Made by a program: the position numbers and the translations under genes. From Thermococcus sp. (GTDB lineage Archaea; Methanobacteriota_B; Thermococci; Thermococcales; Thermococcaceae), in contig NZ_WANV01000017.1 in assembly GCF_015521605.1 (NCBI RefSeq), positions 6,013 through 70,012 of the forward strand: DNA of 64,000 nt, written 5' to 3'. Of the stretch, positions 55,778 through 64,000 are shown one piece after another (within the stretch, counting starts at the first letter, position 1; the number at the start of each line of letters is the position of its first letter). A model generated the notes under the pieces. The model saw only the letters and a program-made list of their open reading frames with translations. It did no database searches and was not told the DNA's origin.

Positions 55778-56704
55778 ATGGTAAGCAAGCTACTGGCACT
55801 GGAGGCATACCCCAGCCTGCGCGACCTGGACTTCAGGATACTCAGGGGAGTAGAGCTGAATATGCGCCACCACAGATGGGTCCCCCTGGAGGACATAGCC
55901 AGGTTCGCGAGGGTTGACATCGAAACGGCGTCCTTCAGACTGGGCAAGCTCGACGACATGTCCCTCGTCAGGCGGAGGAGCGACATAGGTTACATCGGCT
56001 ACCAGCTCACGATACACGGCTACGACGTTCTGGCGATAAGGGCGCTGGCGAAGAAGGGAGTAGTCGAGGCGATAAGCACGGCACAGGTAGGCGTTGGAAA
56101 GGACGCCGATGTGTACGTGGGAGTAACGCCGGCCGGGGAGAAGGTAGCCGTCAAGTTCAACCGCATAGGCGGCAGAACCGCCTCAAGAAAGGCCGCCTAT
56201 CACGGGCATGTTTTCCAGGACAAAAGGCACACGAGCTGGCTCTACGTCTCAAGGCTCATAGCGAAGAAGGAGTACGAAGCGCTGACGCTTCTCAGCCCCA
56301 TAGCCAGGGTTCCAAGGCCGGTAGCTTGGAACAGGCACGTGGTCGTCATGGAGTTCATAGACGGGACCGAGCTGGCGGAGCTTCGCGACACAGACCTGTC
56401 CATGGAGGAAGCGAGGGGGATACTCGACATGGTTCTGGACGAGTACATCAAGATAGTCCGCTTCGGCATCGTCCACTCGGACATGAGCGAGTTCAATGTC
56501 GTTCTGACCCACGACGGGGGGGTTCTTATAATCGACTGGGCCCAGTACGTCACAACCGCTCACCCGGAGAGCTACGAGCTTCTCAAAAGGGATATAACAG
56601 TGCTTCTCAACGCCTTCAGGAGAAGATGGCGCGTGGAGAAGAGGTTTGAAGATGTGTGGCCCGGCTTTGAAAAGGCCTGGCTTGAGAGCCGGGGTGAGGG
56701 ATGA
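55778..56704 (+). CDS. rio2: RIO2-type serine kinase with N-terminal winged helix
   Basis: 308 aa from ATG 55778. VGVGKDADVY, HSDMSEFNV and IDWAQ motifs. Confidence 0.85.
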   Translation: MVSKLLALEAYPSLRDLDFRILRGVELNMRHHRWVPLEDIARFARVDIETASFRLGKLDDMSLVRRRSDIGYIGYQLTIHGYDVLAIRALAKKGVVEAISTAQVGVGKDADVYVGVTPAGEKVAVKFNRIGGRTASRKAAYHGHVFQDKRHTSWLYVSRLIAKKEYEALTLLSPIARVPRPVAWNRHVVVMEFIDGTELAELRDTDLSMEEARGILDMVLDEYIKIVRFGIVHSDMSEFNVVLTHDGGVLIIDWAQYVTTAHPESYELLKRDITVLLNAFRRRWRVEKRFEDVWPGFEKAWLESRGEG

Positions 56705-57183
56705 TGATAACCCCAAACAGACGCGAGAAGATAATGAGGCTCTTTCGGGAGGCCATAGAGGCCGAAAATGCCAGAGACCTTGAGAGAACGAAGAAAAAGC
56801 TCGACGAGATAATGGAGCTGGCCAGGGATGAGGAGCCGGAGTTCTACTTCGAGGCATGCTTCAGACTCGCGGAGATTTTTCTTCAGGAGGACAACTACAG
56901 CGGGGCAGTGAAGTGCGCGCTCCGGGCAATCCACCGCGCCCCCAGTGAAGAACTGTACAGGCTGGGAATAAAGAGGCTCGGGGACATCCTGTTCATAATG
57001 AAGAAAGAGAACAGGCTCGGGGACATTTCCGGGGGCATGGAGGTGACCCTCAGCCTCGTGAAGGACGACGAGGAACTTCACCGCTTTGTCAGGGCACTCA
57101 TGAAAATGGCGAGGGGAGAAAAGGTCGAGGAGAGATTCAAGCTCGACGAGTTCAACGAGATAATGGAGCTCCTCAGAGGATAG
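56701..57183 (+). CDS. Hypothetical helical (TPR-like) protein
   Basis: 160-aa ORF. ATGA overlap with the rio2 stop. Confidence 0.5.
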   Translation: MMITPNRREKIMRLFREAIEAENARDLERTKKKLDEIMELARDEEPEFYFEACFRLAEIFLQEDNYSGAVKCALRAIHRAPSEELYRLGIKRLGDILFIMKKENRLGDISGGMEVTLSLVKDDEELHRFVRALMKMARGEKVEERFKLDEFNEIMELLRG

Positions 57184-58120
57184 ATTGAAGGACGCGCCTC
57201 ACGTAGTCCTCCTCCGGACTTTCGGGGAAGTTATAGGGCTCTTTCTTTGGTCTTTCATTGTAGTACGGCCTGTTGCAGCCCGGACAACCGTGGGTGGCAA
57301 ATATCTCGGGTGGAATCACCGAGGCAAGCTCATCAACGTCGGCTCCAAACCCGACGAGGGAGCCTTCCTCATCGAACTCAAAGTCCTCCGGCGCGGCGAG
57401 CCCCTCCTTTATGAGGTAGTGTGCCACCTGGATTCTCCTGTACCTGGCGAGGCTCGGGGGCTCTGCGTTCTCAAGGCGGGTTCCCCTTATAGGCGTGAAG
57501 GCGAAGAGGGAAACCCATGCACCCATCGAATACGCCCGCCCAATGGTCTCCACGGCTTCCCTATCCGTCTCTCCGAGGCCTATTATAAGGTGAACGAGGG
57601 CCTTTCCATCGCCAAAGACGTCGATGACATCTTCCGTGAAACGCCACATCTCGTCCCAGGAGTAAAGGGACTCCTTGATCTCCGGATAGAGCCTCTCACT
57701 GGCCACGTCGAGGCCGACGCCAATGTAGTCAACCCCCCGTGATTTGAACTCCTCAAGAGTATCCCTGTCCACGGGCGTTATCGAGACCGAGACCGGAATG
57801 CCCAGGGGCTGGAAAAGATCGAGGAGCTCGATAACGTCAGAGACTAGGCCGGGATAATCAACCGTCTGGAGGCATATTCTCGCAAAACCGCCCCCCGGAA
57901 GGCTTTTAACAACTTCCTCCACGTCAAAGGCTGGCCAGGTTATGCGGGATAACCGCCTGAGATCCGCTCCACTTCCCCTGGCCTGGGGGCAGAAGGCACA
58001 GTTGTTCCGGCAGCGGCCGTCGTGGTACGTCATGAGGTACGCCGTTGTCGGTCTGGCCAGCATCCTGGCCCTTATCAGCCCCATGGCTATGGCGGTTCCG
58101 TAGGAGACCCTGATCTTCAT
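57173..58120 (-). CDS. Radical SAM protein, biotin/lipoyl-synthase-like
   Basis: CRNNCAFCPQ (CxxxCxxC). 315 aa. The gene neighbourhood recalls the T. kodakarensis LipS2 locus, but that memory is uncertain. Confidence 0.6.
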   Translation of the reverse strand: MKIRVSYGTAIAMGLIRARMLARPTTAYLMTYHDGRCRNNCAFCPQARGSGADLRRLSRITWPAFDVEEVVKSLPGGGFARICLQTVDYPGLVSDVIELLDLFQPLGIPVSVSITPVDRDTLEEFKSRGVDYIGVGLDVASERLYPEIKESLYSWDEMWRFTEDVIDVFGDGKALVHLIIGLGETDREAVETIGRAYSMGAWVSLFAFTPIRGTRLENAEPPSLARYRRIQVAHYLIKEGLAAPEDFEFDEEGSLVGFGADVDELASVIPPEIFATHGCPGCNRPYYNERPKKEPYNFPESPEEDYVRRVLQSIL

Positions 58121-59166
58121 TTTTCCCTACCTCCCATGATGAGAGGCGCGTGGACTATTATAAGTGATGCGGCCGCTATGAACGGGAGCAGTGGGAAGAC
58201 TCCAGCGTAGCCCTCAAGATTCGCCACATACCCGAGGGCAACCTGTCCCCCGAGCATCCCGAGGTCAAAGAACATCGTGTAGACGCTCGAACCCATGGTT
58301 CTGATCCTCGCCGGGAGGTTACCCAGGGCCATGAGCTGCATCGCCGGAACCGAGAGACCAAAGCCCGTTCCGATGACCACGGCGCTGAGGTACGAATACG
58401 GGGGGAGCTTGTTGAAGAGGAGTATGATGTAGCCCAGTATGACGAGGAGCATGCCCGCCCTTATGACCGGAATCGGCCCCATCCTGTCGGCGCTTCTTCC
58501 CCCAAAGAGCCTCATTATAAAGCTCGCTATCCCTATGACCATCATGTAGAAGCCGAACACGCTCTGGGGCATCCCGAGTATCTTGTAGAGTGCCGGCAGA
58601 TAGGTTATAACACCAGCGTAGGAGAATGAGAAGAAGAACAGCGCCAGCGATGCCGCCAGAAAATAGCTCCTGAGGAGTTCCGAGTAGCTGACCTTTTCAC
58701 GCCTTTCTTCCCTTCTGGCCGCCTTCTTCCTGCCGTCACGCCACACCGGAACAACGAGGGTGACCCCAACGAAGGAAAATATCACGGTAAAGGAGAAGGC
58801 CCCCACAAAGCCAAGCGTGTCCGAGAGGTAGCCGCCGAGAGCGGGGCCTATTATGTTGCCCAGGGAGAACATCATGCCGCGCCATCCGAGGGTCTCGCCG
58901 ATACGTCCCTCGGGTGCGAGATCAACGGCCGTGGAGAGGCTGGAGGGGAAGAATATCCCCATTGAAAAGCCGTGAATTGCCCTTGCAAAGGCGAATATCC
59001 ACAGATTTCCAAGGAGTGCGGAGGTTATGTAGAGAATCCCCGCGAGCATGCCGAGAAGGTTGCCCGCCATCATGGCATGGAATCTGTAGCCCCTGTCTCC
59101 GATCAGCCCACCTATGGGCTTGGAGAAGAGCGAGACGACGGAGGCAACCCCGGCCACCAGACCCAC
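58117..59166 (-). CDS. MFS transporter, N-terminus unresolved
   Basis: 349 aa from GTG 59166. MFS-like coding continues 43 more codons upstream (59167-59295) with no ATG/GTG/TTG. Confidence 0.65.
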   Translation of the reverse strand: MGLVAGVASVVSLFSKPIGGLIGDRGYRFHAMMAGNLLGMLAGILYITSALLGNLWIFAFARAIHGFSMGIFFPSSLSTAVDLAPEGRIGETLGWRGMMFSLGNIIGPALGGYLSDTLGFVGAFSFTVIFSFVGVTLVVPVWRDGRKKAARREERREKVSYSELLRSYFLAASLALFFFSFSYAGVITYLPALYKILGMPQSVFGFYMMVIGIASFIMRLFGGRSADRMGPIPVIRAGMLLVILGYIILLFNKLPPYSYLSAVVIGTGFGLSVPAMQLMALGNLPARIRTMGSSVYTMFFDLGMLGGQVALGYVANLEGYAGVFPLLPFIAAASLIIVHAPLIMGGREK

Positions 59167-59295
59167 GAGAAAAGGGGTGGCCTCAAGGGTTATCGCGAAG
59201 GGCGATATTATGGGGTTGACTACGCTTATGCCCAGGAAGAAAAAGAAGGTCGAGAAGTTGAGAAGCCAGATGTCCCGGAGGGTTCTGTCGATGGC

Positions 59296-60225
59296 TCAAA
59301 CCCCCGCTATGGGTTCATCCATGCCATCCTTAATGAAGGCGTGGCTCATGTGCTTCGTGTTCTTTGCAAAGCCCACGTTGCCCCTGGCGTCGACCATTAT
59401 TATGCCCATCGTGTCCCTGCCGAAGTAGCGCGTTGCGAGGTTTATGGCCGCATCGCTCGCAGCCTGGGCACCCATCCCGAGCCTGACGAAGTCCGTGGCG
59501 CTCTTGGCCAGGGCGAGCTTTATTGCCACTTCGCCGAGACCGGTGCACGAGGCGCCGGCAACCTCGTTGGCGTAGGTTCCGCCGCCGATTATCGGCGTAT
59601 CCCCAACGCGGCCGAACATCTTGAGGAAGACACCACCCGTGGACGTCCCTGCAACAACCTCCTCGCCGTCGAAGGCGACCGCTCCAACCGTGCTCCTCAG
59701 CACCTCCGGATACTCCTTGATCAGTTCGTTGAGCTTCTTCCAGTGCTTCGTTTCGCCCGTTTCGAGCAGCTTTTTCCTAAGCTCCTCCCACTGCCTCAGC
59801 CTCTCGTCGGTCACTGGGTCGTACTCCTCGAAACCCATGAGCCTGGCGAACCTTACCGCCCCCTCGCCATTGAGCAGAACGTGGTCGGTTTTTTCCATCA
59901 CCTTCCTCGCGACGCTTATTGGGTTCTTGACGCCCCAGATCCCGGCGACGGCCCCGGCTTCGAGCGTTTTGCCGCGCATTATGGCCGCGTCCATCTCGAC
60001 CTTTCCGTCGAGTGTGAGGACGCTTCCGGTGCCCGCGTTGAACAGCGGGTTGTCCTCAAGAACCTTGACTGCCTCCTCAACCGCATCTAAAGCAGAACCC
60101 CTCTTGAGTTCGCGCCAGCCGGCCAGGACAGCCTCTCTAACACCCTCGATGACCTTTGGAATGCGCTCTTCTTTTCGTATAGTGCCGGCACCACCGTGAA
60201 CTATTATCGCGACCATGAGAACCAC
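59296..60225 (-). CDS. Plant-type L-asparaginase / isoaspartyl peptidase (Ntn hydrolase)
   Basis: IIVHGGAG N-terminus and the autocleavage motif STVGAVAFDG. Confidence 0.85.
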   Translation of the reverse strand: MVLMVAIIVHGGAGTIRKEERIPKVIEGVREAVLAGWRELKRGSALDAVEEAVKVLEDNPLFNAGTGSVLTLDGKVEMDAAIMRGKTLEAGAVAGIWGVKNPISVARKVMEKTDHVLLNGEGAVRFARLMGFEEYDPVTDERLRQWEELRKKLLETGETKHWKKLNELIKEYPEVLRSTVGAVAFDGEEVVAGTSTGGVFLKMFGRVGDTPIIGGGTYANEVAGASCTGLGEVAIKLALAKSATDFVRLGMGAQAASDAAINLATRYFGRDTMGIIMVDARGNVGFAKNTKHMSHAFIKDGMDEPIAGV

Positions 60226-60282
60226 CGTAATAAAAAGTCCTCGAATGGTTAAAAGAATTGTGGAAACGGAAAGATAGGAACT

Positions 60283-61206
60283 TCAGCTCAGGGCCATGTT
60301 GATTATCGTTTCTCCGATGTTCTCAAGGTACTCCAGGATTCTCCGGTAGCTCTCAAGGGCTATCGACTGCCGGTAGTCTATGGAGCGTATTTCCTCCTTC
60401 AGCTCAAGCATGAGCCTGTCTATCTTGCCCAGGTCCCTCTCCTCTATCTGTGCCATCATCTGGCTGAACTTTTCCTTGAGGTACGGCACGCTTATCTCGC
60501 TCGGGTTCTCGGCGATTCTCGTTATGTGGTCGCCTATGCGTTCAATGTTCCTGACTATGAACAGTATGCCCAGCAGGTCGAAGGTCCTCCTTATTATGCC
60601 GCTCTCCTCCGTAACACCGCGTTTGCTGAGGAGCCTGTTGACGGCGCGAATTATGAGGAAGTAAAAGCGGTCGAGCTCGTTCTCAAGGTCGTTTATGTCA
60701 CGGAGAATCTCCCCATCGCCGGGGGAAGCTATGAGAAGCTCAAGGTCGCCCAGCATCGATATTATGAGGGAGCGTATCCTGTTCAAGAGCTCGGCGAGGT
60801 TGACCTCCTCCTCATCGAGGAGGCTCTTGGCGACTATCCTCTGGGGCTCGTCGAGTATTATCTCAACGCCCGGGAGGCTCTGGAGCACCTTCCTTATCTT
60901 GACCTTGTATATCGGCATCTCCTCGGCCAGGTGAATCTCAAGGACATCGTAGCCCTGGATGTAGGCGGATATAACGAGCCTGACTGCCATGTCAGGGGAG
61001 TACTCGCGTGATATGGTGAGGATCTTCCTCTCGCTTACCTCCCTCGGCTCTTTCGGAAAGATGGTTATGCTCCCGTCAGGGTTTATAGAGAGGGGAACGA
61101 CATCACCCTGGCTGAGGCCGTGTTCCCGAACCCACTTCTTGGGGAGGGAGATTATGTATGAACTCCTGCCGGTAAATTGGATTTTCCGGAACTCCATAGA
61201 TATCAC
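60283..61206 (-). CDS. PhoU-domain regulator with N-terminal AbrB/SpoVT domain
   Basis: RSSYIISLPKKWVREHGLSQGDVV followed by two PhoU-like helical repeats. Confidence 0.7.
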   Translation of the reverse strand: MISMEFRKIQFTGRSSYIISLPKKWVREHGLSQGDVVPLSINPDGSITIFPKEPREVSERKILTISREYSPDMAVRLVISAYIQGYDVLEIHLAEEMPIYKVKIRKVLQSLPGVEIILDEPQRIVAKSLLDEEEVNLAELLNRIRSLIISMLGDLELLIASPGDGEILRDINDLENELDRFYFLIIRAVNRLLSKRGVTEESGIIRRTFDLLGILFIVRNIERIGDHITRIAENPSEISVPYLKEKFSQMMAQIEERDLGKIDRLMLELKEEIRSIDYRQSIALESYRRILEYLENIGETIINMALS

Positions 61207-61285
61207 CGCCGATATATAGAAACTCCACGCGGTATAAAAGACTTCAGTTCGACAGACTTATAAACGCTAAGATTAACGTTAGCAC

Positions 61286-62452
61286 ATGTTCCAGGGCTAC
61301 GGCAGAGACGCAAAGATACTCATAGCGGCCAACGCAGCGGGCCAGCTCTTCCTCCAGTTCTCAATATTCATCATGCCGTTCTATCTGGCCGTCCTAGGCT
61401 ACGATATGGCCGCCATGGGGACGTTCTTCTCAATACAGACGTTCACAGGGGGACTTTTCTTCCTGATGGCCGGGCAGGTCTCACTGAGGCTGGGCTATAG
61501 GAAGACCCTCATCATTTCGGCCCTCCTTGGACTCGCCGGAAGGCTCCTCCAGGTGGCCGCGATAAACGACTACGTCCTTGCCCTCGGCTTCTTCCTGGTC
61601 GGCGCGAACATGGGGCTGAGACAGCCAAACTTCACCGCCCTGCTCAGCGAGGAAGTTGGCGAGGAGAGGCGCCATCACGCGTTCTCGATAAGCTTTGGTC
61701 TGGGGACGATATTCAACGCCCTGGGAGTCCTCATAGCTGGCTTTGCCCCGGGCTTTTTCGTGGGGCTCGGGCTGACGGAGGGGATAGCCTACCGGCTGGT
61801 CATCTCGCTTGCGCTCCTTCAGTTCGTTCTCGTCATTCCCGCGCTGCTCATAATCCGCGACGTGCCCGTGAAGAACCCGCGGATAAACTGGAACCGCGAG
61901 CTTGTCATAAAGATACTCAAGTTCTCCCTTCCGAGCGCGCTGATAGGCTTCGGGGCGGGAATAACCATCCCCTACATGAGCCTCTACTTCAAGCTCCGGT
62001 TCGGGCAGACGCTCGCGGCTATAAGCGGGATATTCTTTTTCCAGCAGCTGGCGATGGGCCTCGGCTCCTTCGGCCTTCCAAGGCTGGTTCACAGGATAGG
62101 GCCGGTCAAGGTGATAACTTCCTTCCAGAGCATAGCGGCCTTTCTCTTCGCGATATTCCCGTCGATAGAGACCTTCCTGTTAGCGGCACTGCTCTACGTC
62201 GTCCGCTCCATTCTCATGAACATAGTCTGGCCCATAAACGACTCCTTCATGATGGGCTTCTTCTCGACCGAGGAGAAGGCCACCGCCGCGGGAATAAGGA
62301 GGGCCTTCTCAACCTTCATGCGCGGTGGGGGGAACTACGTCGGAGGCTTGCTGTTCGGAATGTCCCTGAGCTATCCGTTCTACGCGACTGCCCTGCTGTA
62401 CGTCATAGCGACGGCGATATTCTACGCATTCTTCATAAAGCACAACGAGTGA
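61286..62452 (+). CDS. MFS transporter
   Basis: 388 aa, about 12 TM. Confidence 0.75.
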   Translation: MFQGYGRDAKILIAANAAGQLFLQFSIFIMPFYLAVLGYDMAAMGTFFSIQTFTGGLFFLMAGQVSLRLGYRKTLIISALLGLAGRLLQVAAINDYVLALGFFLVGANMGLRQPNFTALLSEEVGEERRHHAFSISFGLGTIFNALGVLIAGFAPGFFVGLGLTEGIAYRLVISLALLQFVLVIPALLIIRDVPVKNPRINWNRELVIKILKFSLPSALIGFGAGITIPYMSLYFKLRFGQTLAAISGIFFFQQLAMGLGSFGLPRLVHRIGPVKVITSFQSIAAFLFAIFPSIETFLLAALLYVVRSILMNIVWPINDSFMMGFFSTEEKATAAGIRRAFSTFMRGGGNYVGGLLFGMSLSYPFYATALLYVIATAIFYAFFIKHNE

Positions 62453-62461
62453 AAAGAAAAG

Positions 62462-63055
62462 TCAGCCCCCAGCGAGCTCGATTCCCCGTTCAAGGGCCCT
62501 GAAGTTGATCTCCCAGAGCTTCTCCCGGAGGGTGAGCCTTATCCCCTCGTAGAGGGACTCCTTCTTGAGGGGCACAAGGCCCTTTCCATAGGCGTAGCCG
62601 AGCATCAGGACGCCGAGGGTTCTGGGGTTTATTCTGTCGGCCTCGCGCTGGAAGTCCAGCATGTGGACGGGGCATATTCTGCCGATGGCTTTCCGTATCT
62701 CCTCCAGCTCCGGGTACTTCTCCTTTCCGACGAGTGTCGTCGCGGTGTGTATCGGGTAGGCGTTTATCACGGCCGTGCTGTTTTTACCCAAAAACCGGGC
62801 GTTTCTCAGTGCCTCGGCGGGTTCAAGGGCGAGCATGAGGCTGGCTTTTCCCTCCTCGATTAGGGGTGAGTAGACATCCTCCCCAAACCTCAGGTAGCTG
62901 AGAACGCTCCCATAGCGCTGGCTCATCCCGAGGGTTTCGCCTATTCTGACGTTGTAGCCCTCGTGCATGGCAGCGTTTCCCACTATCCTGGAAAGGGTCA
63001 AACCGCCCTGTCCGCCGACGCCGGTGATTATCAGGTTGAACTCCATGAGCACCAC
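62462..63055 (-). CDS. 2-oxoacid:ferredoxin oxidoreductase gamma-domain protein (IorB-like), no adjacent alpha subunit
   Basis: MEFNLIITGVGGQGGLTLSRIVGNAAM..GMSQRYGSV pattern. Confidence 0.65.
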   Translation of the reverse strand: MVLMEFNLIITGVGGQGGLTLSRIVGNAAMHEGYNVRIGETLGMSQRYGSVLSYLRFGEDVYSPLIEEGKASLMLALEPAEALRNARFLGKNSTAVINAYPIHTATTLVGKEKYPELEEIRKAIGRICPVHMLDFQREADRINPRTLGVLMLGYAYGKGLVPLKKESLYEGIRLTLREKLWEINFRALERGIELAGG

Positions 63056-63167
63056 CGGAAGGCTTTGGGAGAGAGGCGATAAAAACCTGTTGTCGAGAAA
63101 ATTCGACTGGCTGGAAAAAGCCCCGAAAATACCACGGGGAAAGGCAAGAAAAGGTTGAAGACTGAAA

Positions 63168-64000
63168 TCAGCCCTCCATGCGGAGACGCCTTATCACAAA
63201 GTCCCTGTCGAGGGAGGCCAGGAAAGGTGCCAGCCTTGGCCCGCGGTCCTTGCCGATGAAGATGTTGTAGAGCACCCTGAACCACTCCTTGCTCGGGATT
63301 CCGCGCTTCTTTGCCGCCCCAAAGATGGCGTTGTTGAGATCGTCAACGGTGAAGGCCCCGTGGGACCCCACCCACTCCGCAACCTCAAGCATGGCATCCC
63401 TTATCTCGGGCCCCAGTTCAATCTCGGGAGGTTTCTCCAGGAGGGTGAACTTCACGTTGTCCGGGGCGTACTTCTCAACCCAGTTCCTAGCCAAGCGTAT
63501 GCGGAGCTTCACCCGTTCGACGTCTTCTTCGCCGAGCTTCTCGGGGAGATGACCCTGTTCCTGGAGGACGCGGATTATGCCCTCCTCGTCGAGGTGGGGC
63601 ATCTGGACGAGCGTGACCAGGAACCTGAAGGGTGCCTGGGCTGTGAGCCTCCCCGGAACCTCCGGCATCGAAAGCTCATAAGTTCTCTTGAGCTCCTCTT
63701 CCTCCTCCGGGTTCTTGGCCTTTTCAAGTCCAAAGTAGATGCGCTCAACCTTGTCGAACTCATCGTAGAGGTTCAGCAAACCCAGACCGAGGTCTATCCT
63801 GAGCTCCTTGTTGGGCCTCGCCTTGGCGTAGATAAAGCGTATTATCCCTGGCTCAAGAACCTCGTACAGATCGCTGAGGAGTATAACGTTGCCCTTTGAT
63901 CCGCTCATCTTGCCCTTCTGTCCCTTGATCCCAACGAACTCGTACATGAGCGTCATCGGTGCGGGCCAGTCAAAGACCCTCTCCACTATCTCCCTCCCCG
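63168..64000 (-). CDS. lysS: Class I lysyl-tRNA synthetase (C-terminal part; N-terminus beyond window end)
   Basis: KMSGSKG (KMSKS-type) motif. The frame remains open upstream of the ORF-track GTG to base 64000. Confidence 0.85.
   Translation of the reverse strand, partial: GREIVERVFDWPAPMTLMYEFVGIKGQKGKMSGSKGNVILLSDLYEVLEPGIIRFIYAKARPNKELRIDLGLGLLNLYDEFDKVERIYFGLEKAKNPEEEEELKRTYELSMPEVPGRLTAQAPFRFLVTLVQMPHLDEEGIIRVLQEQGHLPEKLGEEDVERVKLRIRLARNWVEKYAPDNVKFTLLEKPPEIELGPEIRDAMLEVAEWVGSHGAFTVDDLNNAIFGAAKKRGIPSKEWFRVLYNIFIGKDRGPRLAPFLASLDRDFVIRRLRMEG

Noticed and set aside
58972-60090. 372-aa + strand ORF
   Set aside because: It is antisense to the MFS and asparaginase genes and has no recognisable motifs.

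Overview
This 64-kb segment reads as a Thermococcus-type (Thermococcales) chromosome. Core genes occupy about 1-26.6 kb and 47.9-64 kb. They include tungsten aldehyde:ferredoxin oxidoreductase with its radical-SAM partner, a P. furiosus-type 67-aa ferredoxin, branched-polyamine synthase BpsA, archaeal phosphopantothenate synthetase, an NfnAB/SudAB-like pair, diphthine synthase, PAN, Rio2 and class I LysRS. RNA genes are an SRP RNA, one C/D box sRNA and four tRNAs with encoded CCA. Between the core blocks lies a 21.3-kb integrated element (26636-47911). It is flanked by an exact 40-bp direct repeat equal to the 3' part of tRNA-Arg(CCG). Its SSV-type integrase gene is split by integration into a catalytic Int(C) piece at the left end and an Int(N) piece at the right end. 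The element has three parts. (i) A 13-kb, 17-gene co-directional module of secreted, polytopic-membrane and coiled-coil proteins, with a LamG adhesin, a subtilase, an S-layer-like protein and a HerA/VirB4-like ATPase. This is the best candidate here for an uncharacterised cell-envelope machine (DNA transfer or particle/vesicle formation). Its gene content recalls the pT26-2/TKV2/TKV3 family, but I could not verify that. (ii) An AT-rich islet with a 24-bp perfect palindrome, a candidate origin. (iii) A module of tiny overlapping ORFs with RHH/AT-hook paralogues and two PD-(D/E)xK-like proteins. Low-GC domain cassettes sit inside otherwise high-GC genes. Outside the element I see a VapBC pair, an orphan cas6 with no CRISPR array, a nucleotidyltransferase broken by a 1-nt homopolymer frameshift, and an MFS gene whose first TM helix has no start codon. 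No rRNA and no CRISPR array were seen. All family assignments come from motif reading and memory; no searches were run.
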